Positions 27,901 to 39,980 of a DNA stretch of 64,000 bases are shown piece after piece. The DNA lies in NCBI RefSeq assembly GCF_009914755.1, contig NC_060928.1. One strand, 5' to 3'. Position 1 is the first letter of the stretch. Each line of letters opens with the position of its first letter. The notes beneath the pieces were generated by a model. The model was not told where the DNA came from. It saw nothing but the letters and a program-made list of their open reading frames with translations, and did not search any database. The position numbers and the translations under genes were made by a program. Origin of the DNA: the human T2T-CHM13v2.0 reference genome, Homo sapiens.

Positions 27901-30270
27901 ATACTAAAACCTGACAAGAAAATAGTCTTACACGAAAAAAAGAGAGCTACATTTCAACATCCCTTATGAATGTAAATACAAATATCCTTAGCAAAATAGA
28001 AATAAATAGAATTAAGCACTATATAAAATAATTGTTCACCCTGACCAAGTGACGTTTCTTCTAAAGATGCAAGGCTGATTCACTGTTTCAAAAAATCAAA
28101 CAATATAATCCACCATATTAACAAGCTAGAGAAGAAAAAGCACACAATTATACCAATCAATACAGAAAAAAAAACTGTTTGATGAAACTTAACACCTATT
28201 TGTGAGAAAATATCCAAAGAAAAAATAGGCATACAATGGACTCATCCTCAAATTGATAAAATATTGTCTATAACAACCTACAGCTAACATTATACTTAAT
28301 GATGAAAGACTGAGTAAAAACTTCTAGAACTATTCAGTTCAGCAAATTTATAGTATAAAAAAATCAAAACCAAAAATTGATTGCATTTCTATGTACTAAA
28401 ATAAATATGTGGAAACTAGAATAAAATACAATATTGTTCAATCACCTAAAGAAAAAATACTTAGGTGTAAATGTCACAAAACGTATACAGGACTTTTATG
28501 CTGCACATTATATACACATCACTGATGAAAATACAATTAAAGAAGACTCAAATAAATGTGTAGATACACTATGTTCTTAAGTTGAAATTTTCAATATAAT
28601 ACAGGTGTAAATTCTCCTCAAATGCATACAGTTTTAACAAAATTCATATTGAATGCCAGCAAGACGTTTTGTAGTCGTAGAGGTAATCATTCTAATATTT
28701 TCAAGAAAAGGTAAACGAACAAAAATTGCCAACACAAATTCTAAAGAGAAGAATGATTGAAAATAACTAGGCTACCAGATTTCAAGACTAATTTTATAGC
28801 TACAGTTTTCAATACTTTGTGATATTGGAAGAGGGATAGACACGTAAGTCAATAGAACAGAACAGACAACCCAGATGATGACTCAAACAAATTTGATCAA
28901 ATGCTTTTTGAAAAGGTGCAGAGCAATGAAATGATGAAACATAGCCTTTCAACAGTGCTAGAATAATTGGCTATTCATAAGCTAAAAAAATAAACTTTAA
29001 TTTAAGCCTCTCACACTGTATACAAAATTTTAAAAATGTATACAAAATATACAGAATTTAACCCAAAATAGATTACATATTTCAATGTAAATCATAAAAC
29101 TATAAATTTAGAAATAAAAGTAGAAAACATCTTCAAGATCTAGAGCCAGGCAAAGATTGTTTTATACTTTACATCAAAATTATGATCCATAAAAGAAAAA
29201 TGTGATACAATTAAATTTATCAAAGTTAAACATTTTCCCAGCAAAAGACCACATTAACAACATGAAAACACAAACTAAACAGTGAAAGAAAATATTTGTA
29301 AAGCATATACCCAACAAAGACCTAATATGTAGAATATATAAAGAGCTCTCAATATTCAATAGTAAAAAACAATCCAACTAGAACTTGCATAAAATACGTA
29401 AAGAAACATTTTGCTGAAGAATATATGCAGATGACAAAAAGCACATGAAAAGATGTTCAGCATAACTAGACATTAGGAAAATGCACATTAAAACCACAAC
29501 AAGGCATCACTACATAACTATCATAATGGCCAAAATAAAAAGAAAGTGAGGGCACCACATGCTTGTGAAGACATGGAGAAACTGGATTAATTTTACCAGT
29601 GAAAATTCCAATGGGAATGTGCAATAGTTACAGGCACTCTGAATACAATTCAGTAGTTTCTTAAAATATTGTACTAACCACGCAACTACCATAAAATTCT
29701 AGGCACTTATTCTAGAGAAATTAAAGACAAAAAATCTGTATGTAAAATTTACAGCAGATATTTTTTATAATAGTCCAAAACTGGCAAAAATCAAGATATC
29801 TATCAATGAACGAATGGATAATGACAATGGTGTCTATATACCATGAAATAGTGTGCTCAGTATCCACGAAACCCAAACTATTGCAATATACAAGAATCTG
29901 AATAAATCATCAGAAAATTATGTTGGGTGAAAAAAATGTATAAAAGGTTACATTTCAAGACTAATTATATGTAACAGTTTATTTATATAAAAGTCTGAAA
30001 ATGGTGAAATTGTAGTTGTAGAAAAGTGATTAGTAGTTTCCAGGGATGAAGGTGAAATGAGAATGGAAGGGAAGAAGAAAATGAGAGATCATTGTAGTGA
30101 TAGAATCATTTTGTATCGTGTCAATGCCATTATTCTGGTTGTGATATTGTATGATTCTTTTGCAAGATGCTACCATTGGGGAAAATGTAATGGTGTCCCT
30201 CTGAATTATTTATTTCCATTTTCAATGTATCTAAAATTATCTCAAGTAAGAAGTTGACTTAAAAATTTAT
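24945..30270 (+). mobile_element. L1MC/L1MD-type LINE (inter-ORF, ORF2, 3'UTR), decayed and split by Tigger3b
   Basis: ORF2 motifs 'atatgacccaatatatgctgtc', 'ccccaggcctatatggttccagtgaaga', 'gatgcaaggctgattca' and 'gaacagaacagacaacccaga'. The 3' end 'aatgtatctaaaattatctcaagtaagaagtt' lies near 30240. There is an internal deletion near 28310. Confidence 0.85.
25292..26458 (+). mobile_element. Tigger3b DNA transposon (non-autonomous, ~1.2 kb)
   Basis: Begins 'cagccaagcattgcttaatgacagggatg' and contains 'cttacacaaacctagatggtacagcctactacacacctaggctatatgg'. Ends 'aaacagtgttatgtggcacaaaatta' with TA on both flanks. Host L1 resumes 'ttgtcaaagttgatt'. Confidence 0.92.
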
Positions 30271-31619
30271 AAAACCAATTATAAGATGTGTCTCCAAAAA
30301 TTTATATGGAAAAAAATGCATATTCTCTGTTAAAAATTGATTTCAACTTTGCTACTGATAATATTTAAACAATATTTTAAATTAATCTTTTACATACTAG
30401 AGAAGTTTCTAGTAGTCTCTTCAATAGTATTGAAATTGAGAGAGCTAGTGGTTTGGTTTGAATGTTATAATCATGGAAAACACTTCAGATCTATTTTATT
30501 CCTCAACAGAATGAAGCTGTAGATGCAGAACTAAGAGAGAATGATAGGACTAGAGATTGCCTTATTTGTTTCTGACTCTGATTTCTTAATGACAGATTGC
30601 AGTCTGAAGACCAGGTTTAACTAAGAATCAATTTTGAGGGGCAAAAAGTCAATTTCAAGCTACAACACTGGACATTCATAGATTCCTAATTAAACTCTCA
30701 CCAGTATAGACTGCACAAATAACAGCTGGGAGGCAAACTACAATTTGAAAACACTGCTCTCCTTCATACAAACTCCAACCATACTGATCTAGGATAAAGT
30801 GAAACAAAGGAGGAGAAAACAATTATACTCCAGATATCATAAACCATGTTGCATTGTCTCAAACTGAGAGCAATTAATGATTCCAGAAACAAACAAAATT
30901 ATCTGATAAAAGGGATGACTGCCTTCTATTTAGAAATAGAGCATACTATAAGGCAATAAATTATGTTTTCAAAGTGGTGAAAAAGAAAAAAATCAAATCC
31001 AATATTTTATAGCTAGAGAAAATATTATTTTAAAAGGAAGCATTTTTAAATACACAAAATATGAGTGAATTTGTTGCCAGATGAATTTCACTGCAAGTGA
31101 TTTAAATGGGAAATATTTAGACTAATGGAAAATTATACCAAAAGTTATATATATATAAGAAATTTAAATATGTATATATATTTTTTCTTCTTTATTTCAG
31201 TAAAAGACAACCAGATTATTATTTAAAGCCAAAATTATAACATTGTATTGTGAGATTTAAAACTTATTTAAAAGTAAATTATATGACTAAAATTAAGAGC
31301 ATAAAAAGGAAAGGAAATAGAAGTATACTGTTGTTATTGTATTGTATATTATGAGGAAAAACTAGAGTATTAATTCTGATTACATTTGATAAGTATGTTA
31401 TAATTCTTAAAGAAAATTGGTATATAATAAAATGAAATGTAGTTTAAAAGCCAATGAAGAAATAGAATAATAATTTTAAAATTCTATTAAACCAAAAGAA
31501 GGCGAGAAAGAAGAAATAAAGGAAAAAACAAACAAGAAAATGAGTATAATAGAATAGAGATAATGACATAATGTATACACCCAAACATACCAAATGACTC
31601 ATTAATATACTAAAGTCTT

Positions 31620-31974
31620 CCATTAGTGAGCTCAGGCTACAACAAAACAATGAAATTTAGGTAGCTTAAAAAACATTTATTTCTCACAGTTTTGGAGGCA
31701 AGGAAGTCCAAGTTCAAGGTGCTGATAAGTTCAGTTCCTAGTTGAATGACCTCATCCTGGTTTGCAGACAGATGCCTTCCAGTTATGTCCTCACATGACA
31801 AAGAGAACACAATCTCTCTCTGCCTCTTGTTATAAAGCCACTAGTTTCACAACTAGGGCCTCAAAACCTCATTTAACACAATTGCCTCTCAAAGGCCTCA
31901 TCTCCAAATACAATCACATAAGTGGCTAGGCCTTCAAAGTATGAATTTTAGGAAACACGATTCAGTTCACAGCT
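31620..31974 (-). mobile_element. MLT1A-type MaLR solo LTR
   Basis: 'tttatttctcacagttttggaggcaaggaagtccaagttcaaggtgctg', 'aaaggcctcatctccaaatacaatcacat' and 'tatgaattttaggaaacacgattcagttcacagc'. Confidence 0.9.
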
Positions 31975-32370
31975 ACTCTATTTAAAATGTCAGAGATTAT
32001 CAAATTGAATAAAGAAATAAGAACTAACTCTATATTTTCTACATAAGATACTTTAAATATAATGAACCAATTAATTGAAATTAAAATGATGAAGGAATAT
32101 ATATCATGAATATAACAAGCATAAAGTTTTCTTACTACGTCAATCAGATAAAGTCAACTTCAAGACAAGAACAAAGTTGTCAGACATAAATATATTTCAT
32201 AGTGATTGATAAAAGATTAATTCATCAGGAAGAGCTACAATCTTCAAAGTGCATTTACCTAAAAAGAGAGCTTCAATCATTTAAAGCAAAACCTTTTAAA
32301 ACTAAAGGAGTAATAGATAAATTCATAGTCATAGATGGGTATTTCAGTAACTCAAATTAATTGTTAGGAA

Positions 32371-33008
32371 ATGGACTGTACTGAGTCCCTCTCTTACAGT
32401 TTTATGCACTTTCATCTGATTGATCCTTACCCTTGACCAATTTTCCATATACCTACCCTTTCCTAATTGTTTTTTTACACTGCTGTGCCCAATTTTGAGT
32501 GATGCCTTGGTTTTAGCCTTTTTTTTTTTTTTGCATACTCACAAACCAATCAGCACACACTACCTAATTCTGAGCCCATAAAAGCTCTGGACCCAGCCAC
32601 GCTGGGAGGGAAACCACCTGATTTCAGGTACAGAACCACTCTCATGTACCCTCTCTGCTGAGAGTTATTCCATCACTCAATAACATTCTTCTCTGCCCTC
32701 CTCACCCCTTGATTGTCAGTGTAACCTCACTCTTCTTGGACGCTGAACAAGAACTGAGGAACTGCTGAATGCAGGTACAGCTGTAACAAAGGCAGGCTGG
32801 GGAATGCCAGGCCCATCTACTGGCTGAATGTGGATCCTGCAGCAAGTGCAAGATCCAGGCTAGTGCACAAGCCAGACATGGCCCATCAGGCCAAGTGGAG
32901 GGAGCACCTCCTGCAGCAGGCCTGGAACTGAGCAAGGCCTGAGGGGGGACACATCGCCAGCCGCAGAGGTCCCTGACTGGCAGAGGGACTAAGAAGAATC
33001 CTGCATCA
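32371..33008 (+). mobile_element. 5'-truncated ERV1 (MER4-group; MER50/MER52/LTR27-like) LTR
   Basis: CCAAT 'caaaccaatcagcacac', TATA-like 'cccataaaagc', a decayed poly(A) signal and a GC-rich U5 ending 'aagaatcctgcatca'. No intact 5' TG terminus or TSD. Confidence 0.75.
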
Positions 33009-33650
33009 TAAGGACATAAAAGACAGCAATACTGAATATTTCAATAACTCAAATTAATTGTTAGGAAATGGACTGGACTGAGTACCTCTCTTCCAGTTTT
33101 GCACACTTTCCTCTGATTGATCCTCACCCTTCACCAATTTTCCATATACCTACACTTCCCTAATTGTATGAATTTTAGGAAACACGATTCAGTTCATAGC
33201 TACTCTACTTAAAATGGCAGACAACTTGACGTTCATATAACTTGACATTCATATAACACCATACATACCCCCATGAAAATTATTTTAAAGTGCAAATGGA
33301 GTGTTTATGTAATGGACCTTATGCCTGTCAATAAAGTAAATTTTAATAAAATCTAATGCATGAAAATCATAGAGAATACATTCTATGACCACATCAAAAG
33401 TAAACTAGAAACTAGTAACAAACATTTTAAAATCTCTGAGTATTTAGAAGTTTAAATATACATTTCTAAAAACTATTTCTAGTGTCTTTTTATAATGGTG
33501 TATGTAGAAAATCCTAAAACATCTACAGTTATACAATAAGTAATAAGAACATTGTGTATTTACACAGGCTATGTGGTGAATATAGAAAAATCAATTATAA
33601 TCTACAACCAAAAATAAAGCATTTGAAAATGAAGTAAAAACTTTCATAGC

Positions 33651-33911
<261 letters not shown>

Positions 33912-35199
33912 TCATAGCATCACAGAATATAAAATGCTTATGAATAAATTTAATGAAAGATATACAAGCCCTCTCCACTGAAAACTTGAAATTTCTATTA
34001 GAACAAAACATACATCTACCCTATGAATCAGTCATTTCACTCCTATGTGTACACTCAAGAAATAAAAAGGAAATACAGTCACACAAAAACATGTAAAATA
34101 ATTTTTTAGCAAAATTATTAATAATAGTGAATAAATGGAAACAAATGTCCAGCAGCTGGAGAACTGATAAACAAATCATAGTATACAGAAATCATTGGAT
34201 ACTAATCCAAAATTGTAAAAATATAAAACTTCTGATTTATGCAACAACATCGATGAATCTTTAAAAAGATGTTGCATTGCAAGAAGCAATTCAGGCAATC
34301 AAGGAACTATGATATGAGTCCATTTATATGAGGTCCAAAGAAAGGCAAAAGAAATTTTTATGGATAAAATCAGGACAGTGGTTTCTGATTTTACGGAGAT
34401 GGCAAGAGGTTGAGGGAAGTTCCTGGGATAGTGGCAAATATCTATACTTTTTATAATGTTTGGTTACACCAAAGCATTTGTTTGTTAAAGCTCAATAAGT
34501 TATAAATGAGTTATCTTTTCATTTAATTGTATGCAAAGTTTACCTCAATTCGGAAAAAAATAACTTAGGCAAAAATCAGAATTAACACGATGAAATACAA
34601 GCAAATGAAATACTTCATGAAACGTAAGTGTGAAAATATTACCCGTATGTAAACAAACTTGACAAAGACAAATGCAGTAGGTAGTATGATCATAGTTATT
34701 GAGGCCAAATAAAACGTACACAAAATATTGAGTTTCTATATTTCTGAATGAGAAAATAGAATACAAAAAAAGATATTCAAATGTAAAAATGCAATAAACC
34801 TTTTATTCTGAAATTAAAGAAAATATTTAAAAAGTACTCAAAAAGGGCTTACCAGGTTTCAAAAAGATTATGATAAAAATACAAAAACATGGAATCAGTA
34901 AAGTTATTGAACCCAAGACTTAAAGGAAGAATGATCTACTTTGAAGAAGAATATTAAGTTAAAAAAAGGAGAAAAAATAAAACAGTGCTTATCTTTTACT
35001 TATATAAAATTGGAGACCAAAAAGAAAACTTAGTGTATACAAATTAGTAATTTCACTACTGTATATGTAGTGAAATATAAAAACATACGTCAAACAAATA
35101 TAAACGTAAAATATAAACATACATCAAACAAAACACACATCAAACAAAATAAGGATACAACAGAAGAATGCAAAGGGTATTTATGAAAGGTTGTTACAA

Positions 35200-37192
35200 T
35201 TTATTGTGCTTCACAGATATTGTAATTTTTTTAAATTAAAGATTTGTAGCAGCTGTGTACTGAGCAATCTATTGATGCCATTTTTTCCAACAGCATGTGC
35301 TCACTTCAAGTCTTGGCGGCACATTTTGGTAAACCTTGCAATATTTCAAACTTTTTCATTATTATTATATCTGTTACGGTTATCTCTGATCAGTGATCTT
35401 TGAGGTAACTACTGTAATATCTTTGGGGAACCAAACATCATGCCCATATAAGACAGCAAACTTAATAAATGTGTGTTTTCTGACAGCTACACTGACTAGT
35501 CATTTCCTCGATCTCTTTCCCTCTCCTTGGCCATCCCTATTTTCTGAGGCACAACAATATTGAAGTTAGGCTAATTAATAACCCTACAATGATCTTTAAA
35601 TGTTCAAGTAGAAGAAAGAGCCACATGTCTATCACTTTAAATCAAAAGCTAGAAAGAATTAAGCTTAATGAGGAATGCATGTCAAAAGCTGAGATAGGCT
35701 GAACGCTGGGTCTCTTGTAGCAAACAGTTAGCAAGTTGTAAATGCAAAGGAAAAATCCTTGGAGGAAATTAACAGTGCTACTCTGGTGAACATGCAAATG
35801 ATAAGAAAGTAAAACAGCTTTATTTCTGGTATGGAAAAAGCTTTAGTGGTCTGGATAGAAGATAAAACCAGCTGCAACATTCCCTGAAGCCTGAGAAAGG
35901 TGATGAAGCTGCAGAAGAAACATTTGATGCTAGCAGAGATTGGTTTGTGAGATTTAAAGAAACTATCTCCATAACATAAAAGTGCAAGATGAAGCAGAAA
36001 GTGCTGGGAGAAACTGCAGCAAGTCATCCAGAAGATATAGTCAAGATCATTGATGAAAGTGGCTACACTAAACAACAGATATTCATGCAGACAAAACAGC
36101 CTTTTTATTGGTGGAAGATGTTATCTAAAATTTTCATAGCTAGAGAGGAGAAAATAGTGCCTGGTTTCAAAGCTTCAAAGAGTAGGCTCTCTTTTTAGGG
36201 AGCTAATGCAGTTGATGACCTTAAACTGAAGTCAATGCTCATCTAACAGTGTGAAAATCCTAGGGTTCATAAAACTTATGCTAAATCTATTCTGCTGTTT
36301 TCTAGAGATGGAACAACAAAGCACGATGACAGCACACCTGTTTACAGCCCATTTACTGAATATTTTGAGCCTCCTGTTGAGACTGCTCAGAAAGAAAAGA
36401 CTCCCTTCAAAATATTACTGCTCTTTGACAATGCACCTGGTCACCCAAAAGTTCTAATACAGATATACAGGAGATTAATGCTGTTTTCATGCCTGCTAAC
36501 ACAACATCCAGTCGGCAGTCCATGGATCAAGGAGTAATTTTGACCCAAGTTTTATTATTTAAAAAATATATTTTGTAAAGCTACGGTTGCCCTAAATGGT
36601 GAGTTCTCTGATGGATCTGGACAAAGTAAATTGAAAGCATTCTGGAAAGAATTCACCAGTCTCAATGCCATTAAGAACATTTTGATTCATGGGAAGAAGT
36701 CAAAATATCAAAAGAAACAAGAGTTTAGAAGTTGATTGCAATCCTCATGGATGATTTTAAGAGGTTCAAGACATCAGTGCAGGAAGTAACTGCAGATGTG
36801 GCAGAAAAGGCAAGAGAACTAGAATTACAAGAGTAGCTTGAAGATGTGACTAAATTGCTGCAATCTTGTGATAAAACTTTAACAGATGAGCAGTTGCTTC
36901 CTAGGGATGAGCAAAGAAAGAGGTTTCCTCGGATGAAATCTATTCCTAGTGAACATGCTGTAAACATTGTTGAAATCACAACAAAGGATTTAAATATTGC
37001 ATAAGCTTAGTTGATAAAGCAGTGCCAGAGTTTGAGAGAATGAACTCTAATTTTGAAAGAAGTTCTAATGTGGGTAAAATGCTATCAAACAGCATCAAAT
37101 GCTACAGAGAAATCTTTCATGAAAGGAAAAGTCAATTGATGTGACAAACTTTATTGTTGTCTTACTTTAAGAAATTGCCAGAGCCACCTCAA
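35200..37192 (+). mobile_element. Tigger1 DNA transposon with decayed transposase, termini missing
   Basis: 'ttattgtgcttcacagata', 'gcatgtcaaaagctgagataggc' and 'ccatggatcaaggagtaattt'. ORF 35989-36198 ([23 protein letters not shown]) is a pogo/Tigger transposase fragment. Many stops and frameshifts. Confidence 0.93.
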
Positions 37193-37224
37193 TAATTGTG
37201 TATACAAATTAATGTTACACCTTC

Positions 37225-37521
37225 AATTGTATGTAATTGGGTAGATATGTAAATTAATGATGTGGATATTTAAGTTAATGTTGGCTATGCAAATTAATGT
37301 TTCTCACTAGCCATTATTTATTCTAATATTTACTTTTAATCTTTATTTTCTCTCTTCTGGTACTCCCACTAATTGTATGTATGTAATTGGGTAGATATGT
37401 AAATTAATGATGTGGATATATAAGTTAATGTTGGTTATGTAAATTAATGTTTCTCACTAGCCATTATTTATTCTAATATTTACTTTTAATCTTTTATTTT
37501 CTCTCCTCTGGTACTCCCACT
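37225..37521. repeat. Tandem duplication, 146 bp + 151 bp copies
   Basis: aattgtatgt...ggtactcccact at 37225-37370 is repeated at 37371-37521 with a few substitutions and 5 extra bases. Confidence 0.97.
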
Positions 37522-39170
37522 ATACACTGTTGCTACACTTGAAGATGTTCTACATTGACCTGAGGCTTTGTTTTTCTTTATTCTATTTTCTCTCTACTCT
37601 TCTGATTATGTCATTTCTGTTGATCTACCTCCCAATTCTCCTATTCTTTCTTCTCTCAGTTTCAATCTATTGTTAAGCCTAACTCATAATTTTCTTATGT
37701 CAGTTATTGTAGTTTTCACTCCAGAATTTCCATTTGATTATGTTCCAATCTGAACATATTTGTAATGGCTACTTAGAAGTCTTTGTTAATCTAATAACTG
37801 ATTCCTCTAACGTGGCAATTTCTGTTGCCTGTATTATTATTATTTTTTCCCTGCAGTGGGTCACTTGTTGATGATTCTTAACATGTCTTTTAATTTGTTG
37901 AAAATGGAATATTTTAGGTAACATATTGTAGCAACCCTACATACTAATTTTCCTCTCCCACTCTCTGGGGCTTATTTGTTTTGTTGTTTGCTTGTTTATT
38001 TGTTTTGTCACTTAATGGGCTATTTCAGTGAAGTCTATTTCCTTCTCAGTATAAAGACTTTGATGTTCCTTCTTTGACAGTGCAGTGTTGAGGGCTTATA
38101 TGGCCACTCTGTGATGCCAGTCACTTTAGCATGGCAATCTTTGCATCTTTTCCTCTTATTTTTCTGGTAAGTTGTCTGTTTTCCTTGGTTTTACACGTCT
38201 TTGTACTTTACTAATTACTGAGGACTATTTAATTTTTCTTAACAATATCCTGTGTCATAAATAGATCAGTAGTCTTGTCCAACAAGGGCAGTTTTTAAAG
38301 GCCAGTCTGACTCCAGAAGGACTCTTCTAAGCTCTCTCTTTCCCTGGTTTTTCTGGTGAAATACTTGGCCTATGGTTTAATGCATTGCTTGTAATTAAAA
38401 GGACTTATTGTTTTCAAGAGCGTCCTTAGGCTTGTACTTTTTTATATTGATTAAATAAAATCAGTCCTTTGAAGGAGACCTTCAGAGCTTTCATATTTTA
38501 TGAATTGCTTTTCACCTGGCAAACTGTCTTAACCACTATTTTGGGATCTGGGCCTGGAGGTAGCCTCTGTTCATCTTAGATTTCCTTTCTCTTCCTCTCC
38601 AGGTATGCTATCCCTACCCTATGAGTGACGGAGGATGAAGGAAGTCAAGGCTCCAGTATTCTGGGCCTGCCACATTTGGAGTACAGCCTCTCTCAACTGG
38701 GTAAGAGTGGAGAGTGGGAGCTCATGCCTCTTAGCTGCACTTACCAAAAATTTAACTTCTTCAACTTTTGGTTGTAGGGATGTGGGAAATGCTGGTTGCC
38801 TCCTCCTTTGGAGATATACAGTAAGACTTGATTGGAGCATGATCAAAAAGCATGGACTGTTTTTGTTGTTGTTGTTGTTGTTTTAATCTCTTCAAACATT
38901 CCCATTCTGAGTAAAAATCCCATCAAGCTGAGCTACAGGTGGGGCAGGAAGCAGGGATAGGAATGGAGTGGGTGGTGGCTGGAAAGTCACAGACTCTCAC
39001 TGTTATTACCGACATTAGATAATTTGCTATGCACTTAGGGTAATTTCCAGAGACTTAAAATGGTTGTTTTTTGTTTGCTTTTTTGTATTTGTTTTTAATA
39101 GTTTTTGACAGCTTTGTTCATTTTACTTGCAAACAGATCCATTGAGCTAACACTATTATCCTGAAAGTTA
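37440..39170 (-). mobile_element. Old L1 (L1ME/L1M5-like) ORF1 and 5'UTR fragment
   Basis: 'tagccattatttattctaatatt', 'ctgaggctttgttttt', 'gttttcactccagaatttccattt' and the 5'-end-like 'aacagatccattgagctaacactattatcctgaaagt'. Confidence 0.6.
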
Positions 39171-39628
39171 AGCTCAATTTTCCAATATTTAAAAAATTCT
39201 CTAATACATGAAGAAAAACAGAACTGAAACAACAGCAGAGTCTATACTAATTACAAAATGATCCAGTAGAGCACCATAAATTTTCAGAGCCTATAAAGGT
39301 CTACTTAATAAGAACATTATTGACATGGTCATCCATTAAAACTGCTTTCCCAATGAAATAGAACTACCTCCTACCCTGACTGCACTCTGTTTTGTATTCA
39401 TTAAATAGCATTTCTGCACATTAAAATATGCATACACTCTTTTTTGAATCCTAGTTTGTTGAAATACTTTATCTATTATTCAAAACTAATTGAATCCTGC
39501 TCTACAGAATATCATGAAACATTCTAAGCTTGGCACTTTACATTGAAAACATTGTCATGTAGGTAAATTTTCTTAGTTTTAAAAAAGAAGAACATTACAA
39601 ATTGAAAAATAATTTGATAGTACAGTCC

Positions 39629-39980
39629 TGATTTAAAAAAAAACTTAAGCACACTTAAATTTTGAGGAGTTTATCTGAGTATTCAGTGATTCATGAGTTG
39701 GGGCAACACCTTGATTGATTAACCAGGGCAAATGGCTAACACTCCATTTAAAGGGGCAAGAGGAAAAACTTTTCTAAAATATTTGCAGAAACAAAACAAA
39801 GAAAATAATTTTGATTGGTTTAAGTGAAAAGTTCCTATTTAGAGGTCAGTTGGTGGTTTCTGATTGGTTCGGTTACTAGTTCAATTTACTGTTTACATTG
39901 ATTTTTAGTTTGTTCATAAAGGAATGAAGTGCCTGAGCTACTCCAATTTAAGAGTCTCCCAATTAGAATTTGTTTTAACA
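39629..39980 (-). mobile_element. MER93-like ERV1 solo LTR
   Basis: The terminus 'ctcccaattagaatttgttttaaca' is the reverse complement of tgttaaaacaaattctaattgggag. Also has antisense CCAAT boxes (gattgg) and 'gagtttatctgag..ttcagtgattcatga'. Confidence 0.75.

Noticed and set aside
35080-35150. Short imperfect repeats (aaacatacatcaaacaaaa x3), and similar 10-16-bp stutters near 3709, 17761, 26900, 29017 and 49737
   Set aside because: Ordinary slippage micro-duplications with no regular repeat-spacer structure, so not CRISPR-like.
35989-36457. Transposase-like ORFs (possible domesticated TIGD-type gene)
   Set aside because: Tigger1 fossil with frameshifts, stops and an internal deletion near 35885. 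No long intact frame.
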